A stretch of DNA of 64,000 nt, from assembly GCA_013239625.1 (NCBI GenBank), contig MU053557.1, positions 7,063 through 71,062 on the forward strand. The letters run 5' to 3'. Origin of the DNA: Lama guanicoe. Lineage: Eukaryota. The position numbers were made by a program, and so were the translations under genes. Positions 42,060 to 54,735 of the stretch are shown here, piece after piece; within the stretch, counting starts at the first letter, position 1; each line of letters opens with the position of its first letter. The notes under the pieces are model-generated. The model searched no databases and was not told the DNA's origin. It saw only the letters and a program-made list of their open reading frames with translations.

Positions 42060-42880
42060 AAAAGTATACAGTGCTTTTTAAAAAAACAGAAAAAAATCCT
42101 TATTTCAAAAGAAATCATGTTAATTCCTTTACAGTCTCTGAATGAATATACAAGAGATGCAAAACACAGGGCAAGGACTGGTATTTTTCTTTTAAACTTT
42201 TGCCTACTTTTCCCCTTTTAAAGTAGGCACAACGCTCTACTACCGTATTTTCGGAAACCCTCAATGTTATGTGGCTTTCTAGTGAGGCTCCCTAAAATTA
42301 GGTCTGTGCCAATAAGAATTTTTCTACGGCAAAATGGGAAAAATTATTACCCATTAGGAGAAACAAAAAAGTAAACTTAGATGATTACAGGAAGCTGAAG
42401 AAGTTCTCATACTTGACACAGAAGAGCAGTGGGAGAAATAAACTGAAAAAGTTACAAGCAGAAGGGAGTTAGAGCATAGCCTTACTGTCTCACAACTGCA
42501 GTAACAATTATATTGTTCAGAGTGAGAAAGAACCTCAGGTAAGTTCTTAGATAAGGACTTGAAGCCCTACAGATGCAGGACCTTAAGGGAGCCTTTTCTT
42601 CCACAGGATTCTTTCCATCGCACCATTGCCTTTCTCCAGGTTGAGCTGCCTTTATCTGCCCACGTTCCCCTGGGCTCACGACATCTCAGGTAAAAAGCCC
42701 AGGCACAGGCAGCATGAAGAGCCAGCACCCACCCGCCCAGGTGCTTTTGACTTTATTCTTATGTAACTGGGGATGTGAACTATTTGGCTACTGTAAGCCT
42801 CTCGTTTTAGCAGGGTTCCACGTTCACAATCACGTCCTTGGCAGTAGAGTCTACTGGCATCTTTGTTGTCCTCCTTAGGG

Positions 42881-43070
42881 CAGTGGTTCCGACTGCTGGT
42901 GACCATCCAAAATTTCGGGGAAGTTTTTTAAAACGTTCCGATTCTTGGGGTCTGCCCCTGGAACTCTCAGACAGGGGTGAGGGTAGTAAGGAGAGGCAGA
43001 TACAGAAATCCATACTTCTCTTCCAGTATCCCAGAAAGAGCTCGCTACCACTAGTTTGGGACTGCTCTGC
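42881..43070. mobile_element. MER5-like hAT-Charlie element
   Basis: Termini read cagtggttcc and agtttgggactgctctg, with an internal ggggaagttttttaaaa. Confidence 0.5.
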
Positions 43071-44269
43071 TATCACGATCTCAGAGCATCAGTGTTTAAG
43101 CAAATGCACAGTGGGGGACTGGAGATGAGGAAGGACACGGGGAGGGATGAACACAAGGTAGACACTGCTCCCGGGGAAAGACAGGACTGGCTTCATCTGT
43201 CCACACAGGAGGTGCTGTGACTGAGGCACACAGGGAAGGCTCTTTTGCCCTAAATTATCTCACTAAAAAGAGTAAAATACCTCAAATGCCACCATTATGA
43301 TTCCATTCCTTCCTTAATTTTGTGTTGCTTGTTAAAATAGGAATATCTCTTGGTATTCAACTGTTAGTTTCACTGGTGCAGCTAAAATTCATTTGCTTCT
43401 TTTCAATAGGCCCCTGTTCTGGAGCAGAAGGAAGGGAGTGTCCCCAAAAAGGCCACAACTCAATATGGTGGATTTTGCAACTTGCCTCAGGCCAGCCTTA
43501 GGGCCACATCTCTGGAGCTGCTCGGTGCCTGGGATAAGACACGACCCGCAGGAAATGGGAATGCGCGTAATAAAGATGATGCATTGGACTGTCCCTTCTC
43601 CGACACTTGCTTTACCATGCTCTGACCCCCTGGAACGCTCTTCACTGCCTGCTACAGTTCACTGTCACTTAACTATTTCGTTTATCTACATCATGTGTCC
43701 CCAGCCAGACACAAGCTCCTTTGAGATCAGGAAGAACTTATGATTTCTTCACCTTCCCTTGAGCACAAAGTGCCACACTGAACAGGGGGAAGGTCCTCAG
43801 TAATACATTTCTGGACCCACATGATCAGAAGGGAGTAGTGGGGAGAAACACCCTTCCTCGGCCATCTCTTTATGACGGTCCACTTCTGAGCACTGAACTT
43901 TACTTGGCTGTCAAATTTTTCTTCTTTTCAAGTAACTGTTCTTCCAAACTAAGGTTGTTTCCTCAGTACAGTCTGTTTTTGTTGGTTTTGCAAATATGTA
44001 CTGATATGAAATTAGCATTGCTTGTTTTGGGAAAATATCCCAGGATCCTAAATATATTTGGGGAAGCTAAAGTTTCCCTTGGTTTATGGTCAAAAATGGT
44101 GTTTGTAGACAATGAAACTGTGAAATGCTGATCAAAAAAAAAAAGGCAAAAATTGAAATCCATAACCACTAATAGTTTATTTTTAGCCTTTAAAAAAATG
44201 AGTAAGGGCTTCTAAGCCAAACACTTTCATTGTCCACACTAAAGTATTTTATCTGTAGTCAAATAAGTA

Positions 44270-44498
44270 TATTTGACTCTTGAACAACATGCAGGTTAGG
44301 GGTACCGACCCCCATGCAGTCGAAAATCCGAGTATACCTTTACAGTCGGCCCTCCACATCACCTGTACCTTTGGTTCTGCATCCGCGCAGATCCAACCGA
44401 CGGTGGATTGTGTTATATGGTAGTATGTATTTCTTGAAAAAAATATGAGTATAAGCGAACCTTCAAGGTTCAAACCTATGTTGTTCAAGGGTCCACCG
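44270..44498. mobile_element. Tigger2-family MITE with terminal inverted repeats and TA target duplication
   Basis: ta|tatttgactcttgaacaaca ... tgttgttcaagggtccaccg|ta. Confidence 0.85.
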
Positions 44499-45672
44499 TA
44501 TACCTGAACTTTCTTTTCTTAGAATAATGTGTATTTATTAAACATGAACGGTAGCTAAGGTGCAGACAAGTCATCTGACTTGCTTGTGTTCACACACTTA
44601 GCTAATGCCAGAAGTGGTCAGTCTCAGTTTTCAGTTCTTCGATAACGCTTGCCTGGTACCTCTCCTAAAAGAGGCAATGAAACACTCCAGTTAACATTTC
44701 TGATTATCTGGATTCTAAAATATCTGGCTGTCTGTGTGAGTCAAGCTAATCCAGTTTTCCCATGTTATGTGTGTCTGTTTCTGTGCGTGACCTTTTCTGT
44801 TTCTCACTGGTAAGATGGACAGGGTTAAGTGTTTAGTTGCTACCCAATATCACAGCTGTTTTCAACACAAGAAAAAGAAATCCATGTGATTTTATGTCTA
44901 AGTGGCCCCCTTTAATTCTTTAAAAGCAGTCCACTTAAAACTGTACCTGCGGGTTGGTAATGTTCTTCTCCCTATCCCATGTAATACCTGCTTTAGCTGT
45001 GACAGTTCCCAAATCTTCTGTTAAGGCACCCAGTGTGTCTAAGAGGGACCAGAATACTTTTTTAAAATGTAGATTCAGATTGCGTCTAATGTTATAACTC
45101 TCAACGCATGAATCACAGTGAACCATACCCAAGGAGACCTATGGATTCTTCTCTTCTAACTACGGGTCTCGGCCATTCTTTTCTTATAGGAAAATAACCC
45201 AGTGAACAGTCACTTCATTTTGAGGCTATATTCATCAAATATTTCCTTCCCCTTCCCTAACCCACTTTCTCTTTCTTTTTATCCCAAGGAAGTAACTGAG
45301 CATTGCACCTTGACTGGAGTGTGGGAGCCACGAATAAAAGCAATTTTATTTGGAATGAATAACCACAATTATTTAAATAGTTGGCAGACACCTAACCCAG
45401 CCCTTTCTTTATAATAAATCACACAGGAAGAATGTGAAGTTCAGGCGAATCAACCATTACTAAGTGCCTACCAGGAAGGTCAAGTAACTTGTGCAGGACT
45501 GCAGAAGTCAGTGATGCGGCTGGAAATTGAACCTCAATCTCTAAATTCTAGGCTTTTTATCCTCTTGATTGCAAGGACTCTGCCTTTTAGCCCCGGGCAA
45601 GTTTCATAAGCAATTAGAGTATCACCAACTGAAGGATCGGAATTTCAAATGCATCCAATTCCTGTAACCACT

Positions 45673-46068
45673 GTGACAGATTTCAAAAAAGGACCCCTCC
45701 TTATAGTCCCGTCCTTTGCAGTGTAACTTTGCAGCTCCTCCATCTCCTGCCCGAATTCAGACCTGGCCTTATGACTTGCTTTGACCAACAGATCCCGGTG
45801 GAAATAAAAGTTGTTCTAAGTCTAGGTCTTAAGAAGCTTTGCGTGCTTCCACTGGTTCTTCTGGACCCCTGCTGGTACTCTATGAACAAGCTTTGGAGAG
45901 CCCGCTGGATAAGACATGGCTGAGCCTTCACTGCCACAGACACACTGAGTGAGCCCAGCTGAAATCAGCTGAACCTGGCCAGAACTGCCCAGCTGACCTA
46001 AAGACTCATGAGAAATCAGAAATGGTGGTTATTTTAAAGGTACTAAATTTGGGGGCAGTTTGATACAA
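45673..46068 (+). mobile_element. MLT1-family (ERVL-MaLR) solo LTR
   Basis: tgacttgctttgaccaacaga, agaactgcccagctga and tactaaatttgggggcagtttg. Confidence 0.8.
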
Positions 46069-46231
46069 CTATCAAACAAATCCACTTTAAGCCAACAGAG
46101 AAAGTGAAACAAAAAGTTGGCCCTAAAAGATGTCTTCAACATGGAAAAGCATGTTGATATTTAGTAAGTTCAGACATCAACATGAACAATCAGGTGTTTG
46201 AAAGTCTACATCCAGAAAGTAAAGTCCTTTT

Positions 46232-46425
46232 TTTTTTTAACATTTTTTATTGATTTATAATCATTTTACAATTTTGTGTCAAATTTTAGTTTAGAGCACA
46301 ACTTTTCAGTTTTATTTGAACATATATATATTCATTGTCACATTTTTTCTCTGTGAGCTACCATAAGATCTTGTGTATATTTATTTCCCTGTGCTATACA
46401 GTATAATCTTGTTTATCTATTCTAC
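46232..46425 (-). mobile_element. Short L1 3' end, sense to NR3C1, with a 10-bp TSD
   Basis: Reverse complement of the 3' UTR seen at about 22770-22945. aagtcctttt occurs at 46222-46231 and 46426-46435. Confidence 0.92.
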
Positions 46426-47044
46426 AAGTCCTTTTAATTGTGGGATTTAATTCACTCTGAATCATTTAAAAAAACCCTTTTAAAAAGTTCTTCTTTGAAG
46501 AGGTAGGAACTCTGGATTGTAATACGACTTTTAGAGAATTAACATTCTTTTTAAGAAGAAGCCAATGATGTATAAAGAGGTCAGATAACAGAAGGAAGGA
46601 ACCTACTTATAAAACCCTGAGAATCTGTCAGGACATGACAGAGCTGCTTTTCTCAGTTATCCTGATTTGCTTTCACCAGGCTCCTGAGAGGTTCAGGCAG
46701 CAGAAAAGTGACCGAGTGGAGGAGCACGGGGCGAGGCAGCACAGGGTGGGGAGAGAGCCAGGCGGAAGCACTCAGCACTCACTTTAACAAAACATTCATC
46801 ACATAGGCAGTTTTCAGTTCCTCTTCAACCTTACAGTCAAAAAATCTGATAATGGTACCCAAGGTTAAAGTCTCCATTACATAACTGTAATTACTTTGTA
46901 TGAAAGTTAGGATCATAATAAAGAAGCCAGTTTAAGAGCTCTCTTAATGAAAGAGGCTTATGAACAGCATGGTATGGCACACTGGGCAGAGTTCTCATCA
47001 GGAACCTTTGGCATTAAGGAGCTGTCTAATCTTAGTCACGTCAC

Positions 47045-47260
47045 TAAAAATAACAGCGAGCATCTCACGAGTGCTTTACAACTGCCAGATGTTCTGCTAT
47101 GAGGTTTACGCGTATTAGCTCATTGCGCCCATTTTAAAGGTCAGGGAACTGAGGTCTTGTAGGGTTACAAGAATTGCTCAGTGTCACCTGACTGTTAAAC
47201 AGATTCACACCCAGAGAATCTGAGTGCAGAATCCTGGTTCTGACCCTCAATACTGTGCTA
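47045..47260 (-). mobile_element. MIR SINE
   Basis: cccattttaaaggtcagggaactgaggtc...ttgctcagtgtcac...ttcacacccag. Confidence 0.7.
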
Positions 47261-48479
47261 ACTGTACTAGGCCTCCGTTTCCTCACGCGAAAGTGAAGAC
47301 TGGATAGCAAGACTGGCTTCGGTGGGAAAGGATGACAGGAGCGCACTCCCTGGTGGTGTGTGTTCGGGAAGTGACGGGGATTGGCACCTTTCCGGGAGAA
47401 GGAGCCCTTGGGAAATACGCCAGCGTTAACCACTCTATGTAACCCTCTGCTTCTATACACACACGGAGAAAAGGTGCAGCGGGGTTGGGAAACAAGTCGA
47501 CCACCACCAAGCAGTCACCCTGAGAAATTTGCCACCTCCCGCCAAAGCTCTGGCTGCCCTTGGGCTTTCTCTTCAGGGCCTGGCAGAGTTGGCACTAATG
47601 AATGTTGAATGAATAAATAAATATTCCACCGCCCCTGCTGCAAAGAGCCTGAAATTGGATACCACTGTTTTACCGTTTCCTACAAATCTTTCGCATGTTA
47701 ACATCCACAGACCATAAGCTCGGCAAGGCCAGAAACAACACCGGCCTTGCTCACCGCTGTATCCTTTGCACCTTGACCTGTGCCTAGCACACAGTAACTG
47801 CTGCACACAGTGCTGCTACTGTGAAAGCGGCTACTGGATTCTTACACTTCCAGTCTGACCGAAAAGGGGTAAAATACATGATTGAAGATAAAGCCGTATT
47901 ATTTGCTCTTCATCTCTGTGGCTTGTTGTTCAAATAGCCAACCTAAATTGAGCATCTTAAGTGCTAGGTGCTGTAAGTGAAAACATGCCCCGTCCTTAAG
48001 AATGGATCTAACTGGAGACATAAATGAGATATATATACACACAATATTTACGAATTGTGTGTGTATGCATGTGTGTGTGTATATATATTATATATAAAGC
48101 AATACTAATTCAACAAATATTTTTTGGGCACCTACTACGTGCTAAAGCACTGAGTGGAGTATAAAAACCTGTAGGGTTAGTGGTTGCCCGAGGATGCCGT
48201 CCGATGAGGGAAGAGGTGGCTATGGGCCGGGCGATATAAGGGAGAGTGTACAAGGGGAGTGTGCGTGGAACTGGTCTAGAAGGCTGCACAATGTTAAAAG
48301 CAGAGAGGAGGAGCCTGAATTCCAGACTGCACCAGTCCTCAGCTACATCCTATGGCACAAGTGATCATCAGCTACATCCTACAGCATATGTTATGGTCAA
48401 TTTTAGGGTCTGTGGCAAGGAATTTGTCAGTAATAACGACTTACATATTTTTATTATAAAGAAAGGTATAAATGCTGTC

Positions 48480-48960
48480 AGGTTAGACTGATTTGCTGTA
48501 ACCCTTGTGAAAAATAATTTGGAAATACCTGTTATAAATGGAAATATACATACCCTGACTCAGCAACCCTACTCTGGGGGAATCTATGTTTAGAAACACA
48601 GCTGCTACACGGAAAGATACATAGAAAAGGGTGTTTACTGGAGCCTTGTCTGTAGGCAAAAGTCATGAAACAACCTGGATGGAATATTATGTAACTATTT
48701 AAAAATATGAAACCCACATCAGTTGATCTGGAAGGATGTTTGGAGTGTACAGTTAGAAAAACAAGTTGCAGGGAAATCGGTATAAGATGACCCTATTCTT
48801 AATTAAAACCAAACAACCCAGGATGCCTTAAATATGTGTGAGTGTGCACGCTTACATAATTATACAGAAATGTGGAGGCTAAGAGAAGACAGGAAAGGAA
48901 GGAAGAGGAAAAGAGAGGCAATGACCAAAAGCTTATTAACTTCTCTTGGTATTATTTTGC
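48480..48960 (+). mobile_element. Ancient L1ME-like 3' fragment
   Basis: taccctgactcagcaaccctactctgggggaatctat and gaaacaacct. Confidence 0.6.
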
Positions 48961-49049
48961 TAAAGGGGATGGACACACTGTTTTGCAAATTTTGAAAAGG
49001 TTATTTATTTGTGAATATAATAATACGTAAAAACAATCAAAAGAGCCAA

Positions 49050-49198
49050 TCCCCTGTGCTATACAGCATAATCTTGTTCATCTATTCTGCATATGCCTGT
49101 CAGTATCTACACATTTAGAACTCCCAGTCTGTCCCTTCCCACTCCCCTCCTCACCGTGGCAACCACAGGTTTGTATTCTATGCCTATGAGTCTGTTTC
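49050..49198 (-). mobile_element. Internal L1 3' UTR fragment lacking the terminus and A-tail
   Basis: Reverse complement matches about 34715-34862 and 22665-22803. Confidence 0.88.
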
Positions 49199-50794
49199 AC
49201 AGATGGGATAGACCAGGATAGAGTGGCACGAACTGTGCATAACCCAGGTCCTCCAAGGGTTCTGGAGTATCCCTGTGGCAGCCATGTGGCATATGGGCTG
49301 TGGCGCAAAGAAGATGGAGAACCACTGTGCTATGAGCAACAGAACCACCATTTTTTTTATTGGAGAATAACAACGAAAGCAGTGTTGGAGGAAGATCAGT
49401 CTGGCAGTACAGTGCAGAATGGACAGAGAAAGGAGAGGGAAAAATCTAAGAAAACACTTAAGAGACTACTGAAGTGCCAAGAGTCTGAACTAGGGTATGG
49501 TCAGCTTTTTCCTGTTGTGCTGGCTGCCCAGGGAACAGAAGCTTAACTCCCTCTTGCTTTTCAGCCTTTGTCTCTTGCTCCTAAGCCAGTGCCAGGGTCT
49601 CTGTGGTCTCAGAGGTGTGTTTCTTATTATCCACTTTAACATTTTCCTGTAAATTTGAAAGACTGATTAGGCCCTCAAGCTTACGGTTTCTTTCTCTTTT
49701 CTTTTTAAATTATAAACTAACCACTATTAATGTTGTTGTTCCATGTAGGATTTCACTGATTGCTCTGGCTTTGACTTTTGAGAATGTTTACGTATTTTCA
49801 AGACCGATTTCAACAACAGTCCCTCTTATTTATGACAGTCTGTTTTCTCTCTCGCACCTTAGTTGACTTGACAGCGTAAACGACTCTCTCCGGCCCCAAT
49901 TTAAAACTGTTGTCTCCTAATTCTCCGGCTATTCATTCAGGATCTTTTGTGGCTGCTCTATTTGGATGCCTTCCAGAGCACTGTCCTTGGTCCTCTCCTG
50001 TCTTTTTCCTGAATACTAAAGCAGTTCATTCTTCAATGACCTCATCTGATTTTCTTGCTTTAGCTAATACCCACTTAGCTTACATCTCTTTTCTCTGACT
50101 GTCTTTACCACATTGGGCTGAACTCTCCTACAAGTCTCAGTAAAAGAGATAGCATGCTAACCTTGTGAATTGCTGTTAATACTATAGATAAAATAAGTTA
50201 AAGCTATAGCAGAAGTCAAATCTAAAATAGAAATAAGCTGAAGAAAGATAATTTAGAAATTCAGGAAAATAATATACTTCTCCTCTTCCAGAGTGTTCAG
50301 TCACTACTTCTCTGAAAAATGGGCAAATCAATTTCTTATAGATCAGTCAGCACAAATGTATACAGTACAAGTTTGCAAGGATAATGTCAATTTTTAAGCA
50401 AGTAAGAAACATCAAGATGAAAGCTACAAAAGGTTACTTTTTTGGGCAAGATAAATTAAACAAAGCCAAGCCTCAAATTCTTCATTCCCAAGCTTCAGTT
50501 ACCCTAATTTGTTCACTGCTAAATGTCCCAGAGTTGTTCCAAGACACTGTGAAAAGCAACCCATTTCAAAGTCTTAGAGCAAATTTAAAGACTGACAACA
50601 ATTAAAAATACATTTTATGTACTTTCCCTCTGCACACATCAGCACGTCTCCGTCTTTACACCTGTTTCCTACCTGGAGAAGATAACCTGGGCAGTCAGCG
50701 CTCTTCCTGATACTCATTGCCTTTCTCTGCCAGGACAGAAGTGCAATCCATCCCTACACGTCTTCTTGGTTTATAAGTCAAGCCTGTTGTTCAT

Positions 50795-51100
50795 AAATTC
50801 CACATGTATGTATTGAGGCTTCACTATGTGCTACACACTCTTCTGTTTGCTGGGATACAGGAGTACGCAAGGCAGATAATATCACTGCTCTAAAGGAACT
50901 TAGATACTAGCAGGTGAGCACATAAGATACAAACAATTATATATATCACGTTGAGAGAAATTAAGAGTAAGTGACAGATGCTACTATTTCAGATAGAACA
51001 GAGGTCTCTCTTAGGAGCTGACATTTAAGTGGAGGCCTAAGTAAAGCGGGAGAATGAGCCATGTAGACACCTGGGCAAAGAACATTCCCAGACGTAAAAT
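50795..51100 (-). mobile_element. LINE-2 3' fragment
   Basis: tattgaggcttcactatgtgc...ctgctctaaaggaactta...gacatttaag...gggcaaagaacattcc. Confidence 0.65.
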
Positions 51101-54100
51101 GCATCAGGCAACCTAAAAAGAGGGGTTATGCATCTTTTAGAGAATAAGGAGATATTCTTAAGTGACTAGAAAAAAAAAAAAAGGCTTACACCAAGGGTGC
51201 ATAACCTGAGGTTATGTGTCTTGTGTCACATAACACACAGGATGACAGTACGCACAGATTAGTTTCCTCCACAGGTGACTGCAGTCTCCTCTGGCTCGTG
51301 TCCTGACCACTCAGTCCTCACCTCATCAGCTCAGTCCATCGATATCAGTCTCCTTCTTGTTACCACCTTTTCATTCCAAAGAGCTGAATCAACTCCTGTT
51401 TCCCATTCCTCCACAGACTTTCCTCTCTGAAGTTTCAGTTATGCCTTCTGGGGAAAGTGGACATTTCAAAAAGTAAATTGGGGGTGGGGGCGGGGGCGGG
51501 GGGCTAGAGCTGGGGGTCAGGGTGGAACAGGTGTGAAGATCCCTGTAAGACCCCGGGACTCCTCTGTGAGGTTCGACGTGGGGGAATCTTCATGGTCTCC
51601 ATCTCCGCGCGCCCACTGCCTCGCTCAGTCAGTGTTTGCTGCTGCCAGTGCAGTCAGAAAGACCTCCGAGACGACGGAGTTAACCTCCCACTCCACCCGT
51701 CTCAAGAATTCCTCTCCTAGAACAGGCCTCTGTAGCTCTTCCACCCATTAACACATTGTAGCTGGCTGCTTATGCCGTTCCCGGTGTTCACACAGGAACA
51801 CGGAGGCAAAGAAAAATCAAATTTAACCAGACACTGGAACCGGAATTTAGAACAGTCACTTTCTTCTTCCATGGCTTTTTTAGTTCTGACTTTTCCTTCT
51901 GGTTTCACTTAGTTATTCTGTTTTCTCTTTTAAACATGTCTGAGGTACCACCAAAGCACCGTGCAGCCCTATTAAACGATATTATCAATTAAAGGGTCAT
52001 TCATGCCTCATACATTGATTTAGAGATTATTTTATCTCTTTTTCTCACCTCCCCTTTAAAAATATTTCTTCTTCTTAGATTATATTCAAAACCTAGTACC
52101 CAAAGACTGTGCCTGCACCAGCCCACTGCATGCACTTGTTGATCAGCGTTTTCTATTTAACAGAAAATCTACCAGCCTCCTAGCTAAAAGAATAAACTAG
52201 GAGAGTCCAGGCTAATAAGAGAGTAAAAAATAAAACCAAATGTAGTAATAAAGCGCATCTGCCATGCTTTAATGGCTCTTCTTCCCTTTCCCTGGCCACT
52301 AAAAACTTATAAACCATTTTGGGGGGAGAAAGAATACGTACTGGAGAAAACAGGTTGTTTTCAGCACAAACATAGGAAACCTACTAAAGTTCTTAAGCAG
52401 ACTACCCTCACAAAGAAATTCTCACAAAGAATTCCAGCACTAACAGAACGGTTACAAAAGGTATATCCAATTTTTAATGTCACTGCCTGTAGCGTCCTGA
52501 TTTCAAAGGCAGGAATTCATTCCAATCCTAGCATTTGATGAGTAACAAACATGACTAAATTTATAAATCGGTAGTCACAACCAAAATTTACTTAATTTTC
52601 TAGAGTACTTTCACTAAGAGTAGACAATTTCTTTTCAGGTTATGAGGAATACAAGCAGAAAACACATATAACTGTAACTCTCTGTTAAGCTGTTTTATGG
52701 GTATAAATAATTTCAGTGTGCTTGAGTTGTTCTTGTCGTAACGATCCGCAAATAGTTAATTCCCGGATACACTGAGGGCTGCAATGGGAAATAAACTGTT
52801 TTGGAGACTGCTGTGAGAATTAACATTTACTCTACATCTGCTATCATCAGATTCCCTTCAAGTTCAAGGCAAAGGCAGGTCCACCTTACTTGAACATAAA
52901 ATAAACACTTAAGAAAAAAATCAGGCTTAGAGGTGAATAAGCTCTACTTTTTTCCGTACTATGTCAAGAAAAGGGAATCTGTAAGTTGTTAATATAAAGC
53001 TCCCTGATAGCTTGAAGAAAACAAGTCAGAATTTAACCACTGAGAAATGTCCATTTCAGATGAGTTATCCTGGGAGGCTAGGCACTTCTCTCAGGGGTAT
53101 CCAACACAGCTTAAAACATCTTCCATAGAAATACCAACCTGGGGTCTTTTAAATAGCCTCAATGAAAACAAATGTTATAATCTGGAAGAAGATTAAATTT
53201 CCACATTTTTGGAACTACTCAAATCATCTGGAATCACATAAATAAGATATAAATGATCCAGCTAAGGAATAAATACATCTTCTGATTAAGCAAGAACATT
53301 TAGGTGTTACTACGGTATAATGAGTCCAGTTTCCTCTCAGGTTTACAAGGTGGTTTTGAAGGCAATTTCAAAAGAAATATATACATGGCCTCCCAAGGTG
53401 GAGGCTGAGAAAGACAACGTTCATTTTGGGTTTTCTGTTCTAAAAAAATCAATCTCACTGGTTTAGAATTACACCTTGCCCCTAATAAACTCAGCTGGAG
53501 TCCAAATGACAAATTTCATGTTAGGTTCTAATTGAATATTTTCAAAAGTTTCCCTATAAGAAAGCTGCCTACAGACTTCATGGGTCATTTTTTACATTGC
53601 TGTGTTGACCAACTTATATTGCCATTTAACTCGTTTTTGGACTTGACTCTTTGTTATCTAAAGAGACTTATAACTGGTTTAATCCACCAAATTTGTTTTT
53701 CTGAAGTTTTTTTTCCAGCCACTTTACTAACAAAGAAAAAAGTAAATACAGTCAAATGAGCTTCATAATTCTCCAAATTTATACACTTAGGGCAAATTTC
53801 GGTATTCATTATGGTCAGAAGCTCTTTTTCACACAGCTTTTGAAATTAAAGTTTCTTAATGACAAAGAATCTTTGCATACTTGATTTTATAAGAATACCA
53901 GACAATAAAACAGAAAGGGGATAGTCTAGCATTTATTAATAAAAAAGATTACAATGTGGTTGAAGTTACCAACATGGCGAGTAAATTCAGATGGCACCTA
54001 AAAGCTAACAAAAAAAACAAAACTGAAAAAAAAAACCTCAATGTAAAAAAAAAATGATCTTGGCACGTGGAAGCTTTAAATATGGTAGCCCTTATGAAAT

Positions 54101-54559
54101 TGGGACCCATGACCCTTCAGTGACTGTACACACTAGACACTGAAAAAGTCTTAGTGCTTGATAAATAGGAAATACCTACACAGGCACAGATGTCCCAGTG
54201 TACTTAAGCCAAGGAGGGTCATGCTGGTTTGAGCTCAGCACATTTGGCAGAGCTTTAAAAATTCCACCTTGAATTTTTATAGTACTTTTTAATTTTCATA
54301 GTAAACAACCATGCACAAAATCATGCAAGCAAGAATGCTGGGTGCTCTATTTTACAGACGCGAAAACTGTGCTAGAGAGCAGCAAGTGACTACACAAATA
54401 CACAAGAGAGCAGGGACGTTTGATCCCATGTCTCCTTTATACACTGTTTAAAAACCCACTGATGACAAATAAAAATTATTAAAGTTTCAAGAGGGATTTC
54501 TAATACAACGTTAAATATTTCCCTTCAGATCACTGTTTTCCTATTTTTCTTTTTCTCTT

Positions 54560-54735
54560 TAAATGTCCCATCTGTGAAATGAAAGTAAATAACAGCCGCA
54601 TTCTACACTACAAAGATAATCTAAAGAATCATAACAACATAGAAACTAGAATTAAAAACCTTCCTTGGGTTGTTAATAGGTTTAAATGAGATAAATGCTT
54701 ACGAAGTCCTGAGCACAGCGGTGCCACATAATTAG
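54560..54735 (+). mobile_element. MIR fragment
   Basis: ccatctgtgaaatg...ggttgttaataggtttaaatgagataa...gagcacagcggtgccacata. Confidence 0.7.

Noticed and set aside
54183..54196. GRE-like GGCACA-ga-TGTCCC as an autoregulatory site
   Set aside because: The spacer is 2 nt rather than the required 3. No convincing full GRE was found by eye, and a PWM scan would be needed.
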